Positions 24,504-33,088 of a DNA stretch of 52,187 nt are shown one piece after another. Each line of letters begins with the position of its first letter. The first letter of the stretch is position 1. The stretch comes from Bacillota bacterium (GTDB lineage Bacteria; Bacillota; Sulfobacillia; SLMV01). The translations under genes and the position numbers were made by a program. Where the stretch lies: positions 1-52,187 of the forward strand of contig JAWODQ010000024.1 of the NCBI GenBank assembly GCA_046483165.1, in the 5' to 3' direction. Under the pieces are notes generated by a model that was given only the letters and a program-made list of their open reading frames with translations, was not told the origin of the DNA and did no database searches.

Positions 24504-25964
24504 ATGAAGACGCTCGTTAGCGGTGGCATAGTGGTCGGTTTTGACCCCGGGGAAGAATCCCACGTGTTGTATCCCGACGGAGAGTTGGTTTTCGAGGGTA
24601 ATACGGTGGAGTTCGTGGGGCGAGCCTACCCGGGTCGGGTGGATGAGGTCATCGACGCCTCGGGTTGTTTGGTCACGCCGGGATTCGTGAATGTTCACTC
24701 CTGCATGGATACATCCACCTTCCAATTCTTTTTCGATATCGAACGTCGGCGCCGCAGTGGTTATTCCGGCCAGATAAGGAGGCGAGAACTGTTCTCGGGC
24801 GAGCGCGACCACGTGTTCGGTCCGGCGGAAATTCGCGATGGAGCCAACCTGGCTTTTTTGAACATGGTTCGGGGCGGAACCACCACCATGGCCGGGATCA
24901 CCTCTTATCCGTTTAAGGCGTACAACGATCCAGTATGGGAACCGGAAATCTATATGGAAGCCGCAGTTACCGCGGGTTTGCGGGCCTACCTCTCCCACAT
25001 GTATAGGGACAGAGTCGACGGCATCGTCGACCGCGAACGCGGTCGTGAGGGGCTGCGGCGCGCCGTCCAATTCGTCGAGAAGTATGACGGCAGCTTCGGG
25101 GACAGAATTCGCGGGTTACTGTTCCCCTACACGCTCGATTCGAACAGTAAAGAAAGCCTCGCGGAAACCCGGAGCGCGGCGGACGATCTCGGCGTGGGCA
25201 TTCGGATGCATTTCGCTCAGTTCCCGGACGAGATTCACCTGATCGAATCGGAGTACGGTACCACCCCGGTCGAACTCCTCGAGGAGATAGAGTTTTTGAA
25301 GGATGACGTTCTGCTCACGCACTGCCTCTACCCGGCGGGTCTAGATCCCACCCCCGAAGAGCGGAATCGAGCGCTGGACACTCTGGCCTCGCGCGGCGTT
25401 AACGTCGGTCACTGTCCCTGGGTACTCATAGTCCGGGGATCCGGCCCCCTCTACCTCGACTCCATGAGCGAGTACCTGCGACGAGGCATCAATGTTTGCC
25501 TGGGTACCGACACCTTCCCCCAGGATATGATCTCCGAGATGCGGTGGGGAGCAATCATGGCCAAAAACGCCCACGGCAGAAGGGACGGAGTCGGTACCGC
25601 CCGCGAGGTCTTCGACGCCGCCACGATAAACGGGGCCCGCTGGCTGGGGCGCGAAGATATCGGCCGATTGGAGGCCGGAAGCAAAGCGGACATCAACATT
25701 ATCGAGTTGGACGATTACAATGTGGGACCCCTTGCCGATCCCATCAGGAATCTGGTCTATTTCGGCACCGGCCAGAACGTCCGGACCGTCATCGTGGACG
25801 GGGTCAAGGTTGTGGACGATTTTCACCACCTGGTCCTGGACGAGGATGCGGTGGTTCGAGCCTCCCAGCCCATCTCCGATAAAGTCCGGGAGACGCTACA
25901 ACGCTGGGACGAAAGTGGGTCATTGCCCGAGCAACTACCGCCCCCGAGTTACCCGTGGAGGTAG
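24504..25964 (+). CDS. Amidohydrolase-superfamily enzyme (ATZ/TRZ / SsnA-like aminohydrolase) with an atypical first metal motif
   Basis: ATG 24504 follows GGTGGAGGT. 'TPGFVNVHSCMD' stands in place of the usual HxH; 'GIRMHFAQ', 'LLTHCLY' and 'CLGTDTFP' are retained. Confidence 0.85.
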   Translation: MKTLVSGGIVVGFDPGEESHVLYPDGELVFEGNTVEFVGRAYPGRVDEVIDASGCLVTPGFVNVHSCMDTSTFQFFFDIERRRRSGYSGQIRRRELFSGERDHVFGPAEIRDGANLAFLNMVRGGTTTMAGITSYPFKAYNDPVWEPEIYMEAAVTAGLRAYLSHMYRDRVDGIVDRERGREGLRRAVQFVEKYDGSFGDRIRGLLFPYTLDSNSKESLAETRSAADDLGVGIRMHFAQFPDEIHLIESEYGTTPVELLEEIEFLKDDVLLTHCLYPAGLDPTPEERNRALDTLASRGVNVGHCPWVLIVRGSGPLYLDSMSEYLRRGINVCLGTDTFPQDMISEMRWGAIMAKNAHGRRDGVGTAREVFDAATINGARWLGREDIGRLEAGSKADINIIELDDYNVGPLADPIRNLVYFGTGQNVRTVIVDGVKVVDDFHHLVLDEDAVVRASQPISDKVRETLQRWDESGSLPEQLPPPSYPWR

Positions 25965-26040
25965 GATACGGCTCGGCGTTCCGTTAAACTGATGGTGTGA
26001 GCACACAATGTATTGCGAAGTGACGAGAGGGAGGATTCCT

Positions 26041-26844
26041 GTGGAGAAGAACGCACCCCTAGGTCTATTCGATTCTGGCGTCGGCGGTCTCACGGTGGTC
26101 CGTGAGGTATTCCGGCAGCTTCCGCGCGAGAAGGTCCTGTATTTTGCCGACACCGGTCGGGTTCCCTACGGACCCCTGCCCCAGGAGACGATCCAGGAAT
26201 ATACCGTACAGATCGTGAAGTTCCTGCGAGACAGGGGAGCCAAACTGGTAATCATCGCCTGTAACACGGCCACCGCGGCCGGACTGGATGCGGCGCGGGA
26301 AGCGGTGGAGATTCCCGTCATCGGCGTCATCGAACCCGGAGCCGAGCTGGCTTTGGAGACGACCGATAACCGCAGAATCGGTGTTATCGGGACAGAGGCG
26401 ACCATCAAGAGTGGGGCATACGAGAGAACCATCAAGGAGATGGCTCCCGATGCGGAAGTTTTCGGTCAGGCCTGCTACGAGTTTACTCCTCTGATCGAGG
26501 CCGGCAAGAAGGATTCGGAAGAGATCGCGGAGTACGCCCGCGAGTACCTGGCAACGTTCGAAGGCAAAGACATCGATACCCTCGTTTACGGGTGCACCCA
26601 CTATCCGCTTTTGCAAGATCTGGTACAGGGGATAGTCGGGGAGGACGTAGCGCCGGTAAATCCCGCCATCCGCGCCGTCGAGAAGGCCGAGGAAATGCTG
26701 GCCAACTCCGAGTTGCTGGCGGATCGGGACGGAGATCCCGAACACGAGTATTTCGTCACGGGTGATACGGACGCTTTCGCGCGGCTTGGGCAGGTCATTC
26801 TGCAAAGACAGCTTCCCGCGGTCAATAAGGTCGAGCTGGAGTAG
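26041..26844 (+). CDS. murI: Glutamate racemase
   Basis: Contains 'LGLFDSGVGGLTV', 'IIACNTATA' and 'VYGCTHYPLL'. GTG 26041 lies 5 nt after GAGGGAGGA. Confidence 0.9.
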   Translation: MEKNAPLGLFDSGVGGLTVVREVFRQLPREKVLYFADTGRVPYGPLPQETIQEYTVQIVKFLRDRGAKLVIIACNTATAAGLDAAREAVEIPVIGVIEPGAELALETTDNRRIGVIGTEATIKSGAYERTIKEMAPDAEVFGQACYEFTPLIEAGKKDSEEIAEYAREYLATFEGKDIDTLVYGCTHYPLLQDLVQGIVGEDVAPVNPAIRAVEKAEEMLANSELLADRDGDPEHEYFVTGDTDAFARLGQVILQRQLPAVNKVELE

Positions 26845-26863
26845 CGTACGGATCCGCGAGATC

Positions 26864-26913
26864 CCGGGGAGGGCGGTACGGCGTTGAAGGCCGTACCGCC
26901 CTCCCGGATTTTT
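26864..26913 (+). terminator. Rho-independent terminator of murI
   Basis: 16-bp perfect stem GGGAGGGCGGTACGGC / GCCGTACCGCCCTCCC with a 7-nt loop, followed by GGATTTTT. Confidence 0.85.
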
Positions 26914-26923
26914 ACCCCGAGGG

Positions 26924-28267
26924 TCAGATTTCCCCTATGGATTCCGCCAGAGCCGAGACTATGCGATCGATCTCGTCTCGTTCGATTACCAGGGGAGGGG
27001 AGAAGCTCATTACATCGCCCAGCGGCCGCAGGATTACTCCTCGCCGAAGCATGCTGCGATTCACCCGCAAACCGGTGAGTTCGCCCGGGGGGAAGGGTTC
27101 GCGGGTTTCCTTATCCTTCACCAACTCCAGCCGTGCCAACAAACCGATCCCCGCTACGTCGCCGACGTGGCGTAACGACCGCAATTCCTCGAGTTTTCGA
27201 AGCATATACTCGCCCATCTCGCGGGAACGCTCGGCGAGACCCTCCTCTTCGATTATCCTGATATTCTCCAGGGCGGCAGCGCAGGCCACGGGGTGTCCCG
27301 AGTAGGTTGTGCCGTGGCGAAGTTCCCGCCCTTCACCCCAGCGTCCCAGGCAAACCTCGAAGATTTCTTCCGTAGTGAGCGTCGCGCCCAGGGGCAGATA
27401 TCCGGAGGTAAGTCCCTTGGCGAAGACCATCATATCCGGTTTCACGCCCCAGTGTCGCACGCCGAACATCTCGCCGGTGCGGCCGAAGCCGGTAATGACC
27501 TCGTCCGCTATGAACAGTACTTCGTTTCGTCGGCAGATCTCTGCCACGCGTTCGAGATATCCTTCGGGCGGTATTATAACCCCGCCGGCCCCCATGACCG
27601 GCTCCGCTATGAATGCCGCGACGGTATCCGGGCTCTCGAAGGCGATGGTGCGTTCGAGTTCCTCGGCGCAGGCCAGGTTACACTCCGGGTACTTTAGGCC
27701 GTAGGGGCAACGGTAGCAATGGGGAGGTGGTATGTGCCGAAAACCCGGAACCAGGGGTTCGAAAAGCCTGCGGTTGGCAGTTACACCGGTCGCACTCAGG
27801 GCGCCGAAGGTGACGCCGTGGTAGGCCTTCTCCCGGGCGATAACTTTGAATTTCCCCGGACGGCCTCGTAGCTTCCAGTACTGGCGAGCGATCTTCAGCG
27901 CGGTTTCGTTGGCCTCGGAACCGCCCGAGGAGAAGAAGACGCGCGACATTCCCTCGCCTTCGGTTAACTGTACCAATCGGGCGGCCAGCCGAATTGCGGT
28001 GTCGTTCGACATGCCGCCGAAGGAGGGGAACCAGCTCAACCGTCGCATCTGCTCCTCGGCGGCGTCGACGATCTCGGAGCGGCCGAAACCGACGTTGGCG
28101 AGCCACAGTGCCGCGTGTCCATCGATGAATTCGCGGCCCAGCGAGTCGGTGATCCTGGCGCCACTACCTCCGACCGCCACCACCGGCTCATCTTCCGCGA
28201 GATCCCCCATCTGTGTGTAAGGAGCCCACATGTAGCGCGAATAGTCTCTTCTGGGATCAAATTCCAC
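26924..28267 (-). CDS. Class-III (omega-) aminotransferase, PLP-dependent
   Basis: Contains 'FFSSGGSEANETALK', 'FIADEVITGFGRTGEMFG' and 'FAKGLTSGYLPLG'. GTG start 7 nt after GGAAGGAG. Confidence 0.9.
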   Translation of the reverse strand: MEFDPRRDYSRYMWAPYTQMGDLAEDEPVVAVGGSGARITDSLGREFIDGHAALWLANVGFGRSEIVDAAEEQMRRLSWFPSFGGMSNDTAIRLAARLVQLTEGEGMSRVFFSSGGSEANETALKIARQYWKLRGRPGKFKVIAREKAYHGVTFGALSATGVTANRRLFEPLVPGFRHIPPPHCYRCPYGLKYPECNLACAEELERTIAFESPDTVAAFIAEPVMGAGGVIIPPEGYLERVAEICRRNEVLFIADEVITGFGRTGEMFGVRHWGVKPDMMVFAKGLTSGYLPLGATLTTEEIFEVCLGRWGEGRELRHGTTYSGHPVACAAALENIRIIEEEGLAERSREMGEYMLRKLEELRSLRHVGDVAGIGLLARLELVKDKETREPFPPGELTGLRVNRSMLRRGVILRPLGDVMSFSPPLVIERDEIDRIVSALAESIGEI

Positions 28268-28398
28268 GACAATTCTCCTTCCCCGGTGACGGGAAATCCT
28301 CTCGACTCGGGATCGTCGTTTCCCGTCCGCCTTCGGATCTTGCGATTACCTGCTCTCGTCAGCTTCTAGGCGGGGAGGAGATATCCTATGGTGGAAAG

Positions 28399-28429
28399 CG
28401 GTCCGATATCCGTATCGGATATCGGACCG
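28399..28429 (-). terminator. Perfect 14-bp hairpin between the DUF362 gene and the aminotransferase gene (terminator or attenuator candidate)
   Basis: CGGTCCGATATCCG-TAT-CGGATATCGGACCG. On the minus strand it is followed only by CTTTCC, a weak U-tract. Confidence 0.4.
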
Positions 28430-28442
28430 GAAGGGACGTCAT

Positions 28443-29540
28443 TTAGGCGGGGTAGATCGGGTCCAGTTCGATGGCCTTGGGACGGCACACCTCCATGCAG
28501 GCGAAACAGCTTACGCACAGTTCCTGGTTCATGGAGGGTAGGTCATCCACCATGGTCAAAGCGTCGGTGGGACATTCTGCGGCGCAGTCACCGCAGCCGT
28601 CACAGGCCTCTTCGTCGAGGACGAGGATCTTGCTGGAAGCGGATTCGAGGAGACCGGGGCTGGCGGCGGCTTCGGGTCGCGTCTCCCCGGGATTGAAACC
28701 CGTGGGTAGTGAAATGTCTGGGGCCACCTGCCACTGGCCGTGGATCTCGAGTTTCTCCGGATCCAGGGGTACGTCCTCGCGTTCCGCCACGTAGGTTACG
28801 TGATAGAGGTTTGTAGGATCGAGGCCGAGAATGGTGGCGGCCACCACGTCGACCGCGGCTCCGGACCGCGATGCCAACACTTTGGACAAATAGCGCAGAT
28901 TCGTACCCAGCTTCGCCCTTCCCTCGACCGCCAGTATCCCGTCGACGATGTTCAAATCGGGACGTCTGAGATCGTAGACGTCGGAGAGGATGGTCTCGAA
29001 ATGCCTGCGGTTTTCGGCGACCACGTGCAGATGAGCCTTCTGCGCGCCGGCGAGATAGCCGAAAGTGTTTTTGATCGCGCAGGTAAGGCCGGTGCCCGGG
29101 TGTACTTTGAGTTTCGGTACGTTTATTACGTAGTCGGCGTCAAATAGCAACTGGGGGAAATACAAATCCTCGTCCGGAACGGACGGCAGATTTCTGTGCA
29201 CCAGGTTGATGCCGAAATTGCGCAGATGTTCCCCGGCCGCCTCTCCCAGTCCGTTGGTGCTGAAGAGGTCGTTTATGACGCCGTAGTTGGCCTGACCCGG
29301 GTTGTCCGACACCATGACCTCCGAAGCGCCGGCTCGCTTCGCTGCGTCGATCACCGCGCTCAATACGGCGGGATGCGTGTTGGCGCCCTGCTCCGGTTCC
29401 CGTTCACTCAGGGCATTGGGCTTAATCAGCGTACGCTTGCCGGTGAGATCTATCTCGAAGGTATCGAAAATCTCATCGATGGTGCGCTGTATATCTCGGT
29501 AGCTGGAATCATATACGTGTACTGCAGATCTGTCCTTCAT
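28443..29540 (-). CDS. DUF362 domain protein fused to a C-terminal 2x[4Fe-4S] ferredoxin domain
   Basis: 'GKRTLIKPNALS...GANTHPAVLSAVIDAAKRAGASEVMVSDNPG' is DUF362-like. C-terminal 'CDGCGDCAAECP' and 'CVSCFACMEVCRP'. ATG 29540 follows GGAGG; the track start is 29588. Confidence 0.8.
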   Translation of the reverse strand: MKDRSAVHVYDSSYRDIQRTIDEIFDTFEIDLTGKRTLIKPNALSEREPEQGANTHPAVLSAVIDAAKRAGASEVMVSDNPGQANYGVINDLFSTNGLGEAAGEHLRNFGINLVHRNLPSVPDEDLYFPQLLFDADYVINVPKLKVHPGTGLTCAIKNTFGYLAGAQKAHLHVVAENRRHFETILSDVYDLRRPDLNIVDGILAVEGRAKLGTNLRYLSKVLASRSGAAVDVVAATILGLDPTNLYHVTYVAEREDVPLDPEKLEIHGQWQVAPDISLPTGFNPGETRPEAAASPGLLESASSKILVLDEEACDGCGDCAAECPTDALTMVDDLPSMNQELCVSCFACMEVCRPKAIELDPIYPA

Positions 29541-29715
29541 AGTTTCGATTGCCTCCTTCGGTGCTGGTAGAGTACGAATTGTCCCCACAATTCCGCCGCC
29601 ATATCCTCGATTAGTGTAGCATACACGCGAGGCTTTTTGGATGATGCCGGGAGATTGGGGTCAGATCGATCCCGGGTGGCAGGAGGTGGAGGCGGTCCGT
29701 GGAATCTAGGAGAGC

Positions 29716-30879
29716 ATGGACTTCCGCGAAGAGGATCACTCAATACTCAATGCTCAAAGTGATGGTCGAGCCGCCTTCAGGGCAGGCGAGTTCGCCGACT
29801 CCAGGTTGGAGGAAGAATACTTTGAACTAGAGGTTGATGAGGCCCTGGGATACGTACGTCGCCTGGTTCCCGTACTGGCCGTGATCTATTTGCTCTTCCT
29901 GATACCCGATTTCCTCCTCAATTCCAGTCTGGCCGCGAGATGGTTTATCGCGATCAACCGCCTCGTAGTCGCGGCGGTCGTTTTCGCTTTCTACGCTCGG
30001 ATCTCTTCGTCCGAGCAAAAGACCGACGTCGGGGTGTGGTTCTCCGCGCTCGAGGTGTTCGTGGGAATATCTTTCGTGCTGATATTCTTTCAATATGAAG
30101 CACCCGACCTCTTGGTGCACGCCCTGGGAGCCATCGTATTAATTATGATCATCTTCATCATGCCCAATCGATGGGTTAACAGGGTGGCGATAGCATCGGG
30201 ATTGGCGCTGGCCTTCGTCGCCGCAGCCGGAGTTCATCGCGCCGACTTCGTGGCCGGGGAGTTCGCCGCCTCCGCCGTCTACCTGGCGGTGATTATCCTG
30301 TTAAATGCCGTGTCTTCTTACAGACTTGGCGTCGCGCGGCGTCGCGAGTTTTTGGCGCGCAAGGAGCTCTTCCGGGCTGCCACCCTCGACTCGTTGACGG
30401 GTGTTTTCAATCGCAACAAGTTCAACGAAGATCTCGATACCGCGATTCGCCGCGCCCGCCGATACGGTTTTCCGCTCTCTCTATCGATATTTGACCTTGA
30501 CGATTTCAAGGGAGTAAACGACAGGCTCGGACACCTGGAGGGCGATCGGATATTGTGCCGCATGGCGACCTCCGTGCGCGATGCGGTCCGGGATACGGAT
30601 ATCTTCGCGCGCTGGGGTGGAGACGAATTCGTAATCCTCATGCCCCACACAGACCCCGCGGGAGGGGTACGGGTGCTGGGGCGGGTCCGCCAGGTTCTCT
30701 CCGAGGAAGTGGGATTAACCTGCAGTTTTGGCCTGGCGACCCTACGCGACGGCGAAGACCGAGAAGATTTCCTGCAACGGGCAGATCGTAGGTTGTACTC
30801 GGCGAAAGATGCTGGCAGGGGATCGCTGGCCGGGGGAGTTTCGCTCATGGGACTGGAGGAGACGCCGGGAGAAGGGTGA
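29716..30879 (+). CDS. Membrane-bound diguanylate cyclase (multi-TM N-terminus + GGDEF)
   Basis: About 6 TM helices, then 'LDSLTGVFNRNKF', 'HLEGDRIL' and GGDEF at 30616-30630, with I-site 'RDTD'. Confidence 0.85.
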   Translation: MDFREEDHSILNAQSDGRAAFRAGEFADSRLEEEYFELEVDEALGYVRRLVPVLAVIYLLFLIPDFLLNSSLAARWFIAINRLVVAAVVFAFYARISSSEQKTDVGVWFSALEVFVGISFVLIFFQYEAPDLLVHALGAIVLIMIIFIMPNRWVNRVAIASGLALAFVAAAGVHRADFVAGEFAASAVYLAVIILLNAVSSYRLGVARRREFLARKELFRAATLDSLTGVFNRNKFNEDLDTAIRRARRYGFPLSLSIFDLDDFKGVNDRLGHLEGDRILCRMATSVRDAVRDTDIFARWGGDEFVILMPHTDPAGGVRVLGRVRQVLSEEVGLTCSFGLATLRDGEDREDFLQRADRRLYSAKDAGRGSLAGGVSLMGLEETPGEG

Positions 30880-30949
30880 CGGACGTTTCCCGGACGAACG
30901 AGGGCCGTATTCACACGAATCACGAAGTGATCGAAAGGAGGTGGTAAGT

Positions 30950-31315
30950 GTGCAGATAGACTACCCCATAACCTTCCTTTACTATACCGACCTCGACCCG
31001 GTGGTCCCCTTCTATCGGGACGTGCTCGGTCTGGATTTGAGTATCGACCAGGGGTGGGCGAAGATCTTTCGGGTAAACGAGAAAGCGTGCGTCGGCTTGG
31101 TCGACGAATCGAGGGGTTCCATGACCGCGGCCGAAGAAAAGGGCGTATTACTCACCCTGGTGGTGGACGACGTCGACTCCTGGTACCGCCACATGCGGGA
31201 GAATGGAGCCGCGATCATTACACCGCCCACTACACACGAAGAAATCGGAGTGTACTGCTTTTTCGTCGAAGATCCCGGGGGTTACCGCATCGAGATACAG
31301 AAGTTCTTGAATTGA
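30950..31315 (+). CDS. VOC/glyoxalase-bleomycin-resistance family protein
   Basis: GTG 30950 follows AAGGAGGTGG. Contains 'FYRDVLGL' and 'YCFFVEDPGGYRIEI'. The upstream part of the track ORF (from 30728) overlaps the DGC gene and is rejected. Confidence 0.75.
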   Translation: MQIDYPITFLYYTDLDPVVPFYRDVLGLDLSIDQGWAKIFRVNEKACVGLVDESRGSMTAAEEKGVLLTLVVDDVDSWYRHMRENGAAIITPPTTHEEIGVYCFFVEDPGGYRIEIQKFLN

Positions 31316-31388
31316 TGAAGATGGGACCCGGAGCTTGCTTCACCAACGACACTCATTCGGTGCGCGGGTGAGGTGAGTCTCACTTACC

Positions 31389-31421
31389 AATGTGGGGATG
31401 GCATGGAGCCATCCCCACATT
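31389..31421. other. Perfect 14-bp hairpin between the convergent VOC and ggt genes
   Basis: AATGTGGGGATGGC-ATGGA-GCCATCCCCACATT. No U-tract on either strand. A second small palindrome, GTGAG-T-CTCAC, lies just upstream. Confidence 0.4.
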
Positions 31422-31450
31422 GCCGGATACCTTCCCCGGTGTAATGTTTT

Positions 31451-33058
31451 TCACCAGGCCAAGACCGCGCCGTCAGTTCGCGGTTCGGTTGCACCCACCA
31501 AAACGTCATCAGAGTGGCGCCACACTATTTGGCCGCGTCCGAAGCCGCCGGAGCCGAGCGCCCAGCGGATGTCGTGACCGCGGGCGGCCAGGCCCAGGCC
31601 GATGTGTTCGGGTACGGCGTGTTCCAGACTCACGGTCTTATTGGCGCTCCACTGGAAGCGCGGTGCGTCCAGGGCGGCCTGGGGATTGAGGCCGAAATCC
31701 AGCACGTTGGAGATGACCTGCAAATGCCCCTGCGGCTGCATGAATCCGCCCATCACGCCGAAGGGCCCCACCGGTTTGCCTTCGCGGGTGAGGAACCCGG
31801 GAATTATGGTGTGATATGTCCTTTTTCCTCCCTCGAGGACGTTGTGGTGGTCGGGATCGAGGGAGAAGTTTGCCCCGCGGTTTTGGAGACTGATGCCGGT
31901 TTCCGGGACCACTATTCCGGAACCGAAACCCATGTAGTTACTCTGGATGAAGGAAACCATGTTCCCCTGCGAATCGGCGGTGCAAAGGTACACGGTTCCT
32001 CCCGAGGGTGGACGACCCGGCACGGGATCGAGGGCCTCGCATCCCATTAACTTCCGCCGTTCGGCGGCGTAATCTTCGGACAGGAGGTCTTCGACGGGCA
32101 CCTTCATGTGATTGGGGTCGGTGATGTATTTTAGGCCATCGGCGAAACCGAGCTTCACCGCTTCGATTTGACGGTGGAAGGTCTCCACTTCGTCACGAGC
32201 GTGCAATTCGAAGCCCTTCAGAATGTTCAACGCGATCAATGCGACTAGTCCCTGACCGTTGGGTGGGATCTCCCAGACCCGATAGCCACGATAATCCGTG
32301 GATATGGGATCCACCCACTCCGGAGCAAACCCGGCCAGATCCCGGGCCGTGAGGAAGCCATCGAATTGCGCGATGAACTCCTCGATGCGTTCCGCGATTT
32401 CACCGCGATAGAAGGCTTCTCCCCGGGTCTCGGCTATCTTTTGCAGCGTGCGAGCGTGTCCCGGACTGCGCCATACATCTCCGGCGGCGGGCGGTCGCCC
32501 GTCAGGCAGGAAAGTCCCAATCCACGGTGCGAACGCCTCTTTCGGTTCCAACGAGGAATACCTTTTCGCGGCGCGCTGCCACGCCCCGGCCAAAACGGGC
32601 GATATAGGGTAACCTTCTTCGGCATAACGCACCGCCGGCTCCAGAGACTCGGTTAGTGCCAGGTTGCCGAAGCGCTCCGCCAGTTCCACCCAGGCGGCCG
32701 GGGCTCCCGGTACCGTAACGGGCTCCACCCCGAATCGCGGCATGGATTCGTGCCCCCGCGCTCGGAGATCTATGGCGGAGATCGATTCTGGCGCCGGGCC
32801 ACTGGAGTTGAGACCGTGCAGCCTTCCCTCGCTCCAAACCAAGGCGAAGGCGTCGCTTCCCAGGCCGTTCGACGAAGGTTCCACCACCGTCAGGGCGGCG
32901 GCGGTAGCTATCGCGGCGTCTACGGCGTTCCCCCCGCGCTTGAGGATGTCCAGGCCGGCTCCCGCGGCCAGAGGTTGAGACGTGGCCACCATACCCCGGC
33001 GACCGTATTGGAGTATTCTCCGGGACGGATAGGGATAATATAGGGGATCGTATTTCAT
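31451..33058 (-). CDS. ggt: Gamma-glutamyltransferase-family Ntn hydrolase, no signal peptide
   Basis: Contains 'GMVATSQPLAAGAGLDILKRGGNAVDAAIA', 'GGTVYLCTAD' (the autoprocessing Thr region) and 'GVMGGFMQPQGH'. ATG 33058 lies 7 nt after GGAGG. Confidence 0.9.
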   Translation of the reverse strand: MKYDPLYYPYPSRRILQYGRRGMVATSQPLAAGAGLDILKRGGNAVDAAIATAAALTVVEPSSNGLGSDAFALVWSEGRLHGLNSSGPAPESISAIDLRARGHESMPRFGVEPVTVPGAPAAWVELAERFGNLALTESLEPAVRYAEEGYPISPVLAGAWQRAAKRYSSLEPKEAFAPWIGTFLPDGRPPAAGDVWRSPGHARTLQKIAETRGEAFYRGEIAERIEEFIAQFDGFLTARDLAGFAPEWVDPISTDYRGYRVWEIPPNGQGLVALIALNILKGFELHARDEVETFHRQIEAVKLGFADGLKYITDPNHMKVPVEDLLSEDYAAERRKLMGCEALDPVPGRPPSGGTVYLCTADSQGNMVSFIQSNYMGFGSGIVVPETGISLQNRGANFSLDPDHHNVLEGGKRTYHTIIPGFLTREGKPVGPFGVMGGFMQPQGHLQVISNVLDFGLNPQAALDAPRFQWSANKTVSLEHAVPEHIGLGLAARGHDIRWALGSGGFGRGQIVWRHSDDVLVGATEPRTDGAVLAW

Positions 33059-33088
33059 ATCAGCGCCTCCTTCGATGCTTCTGCCCAT

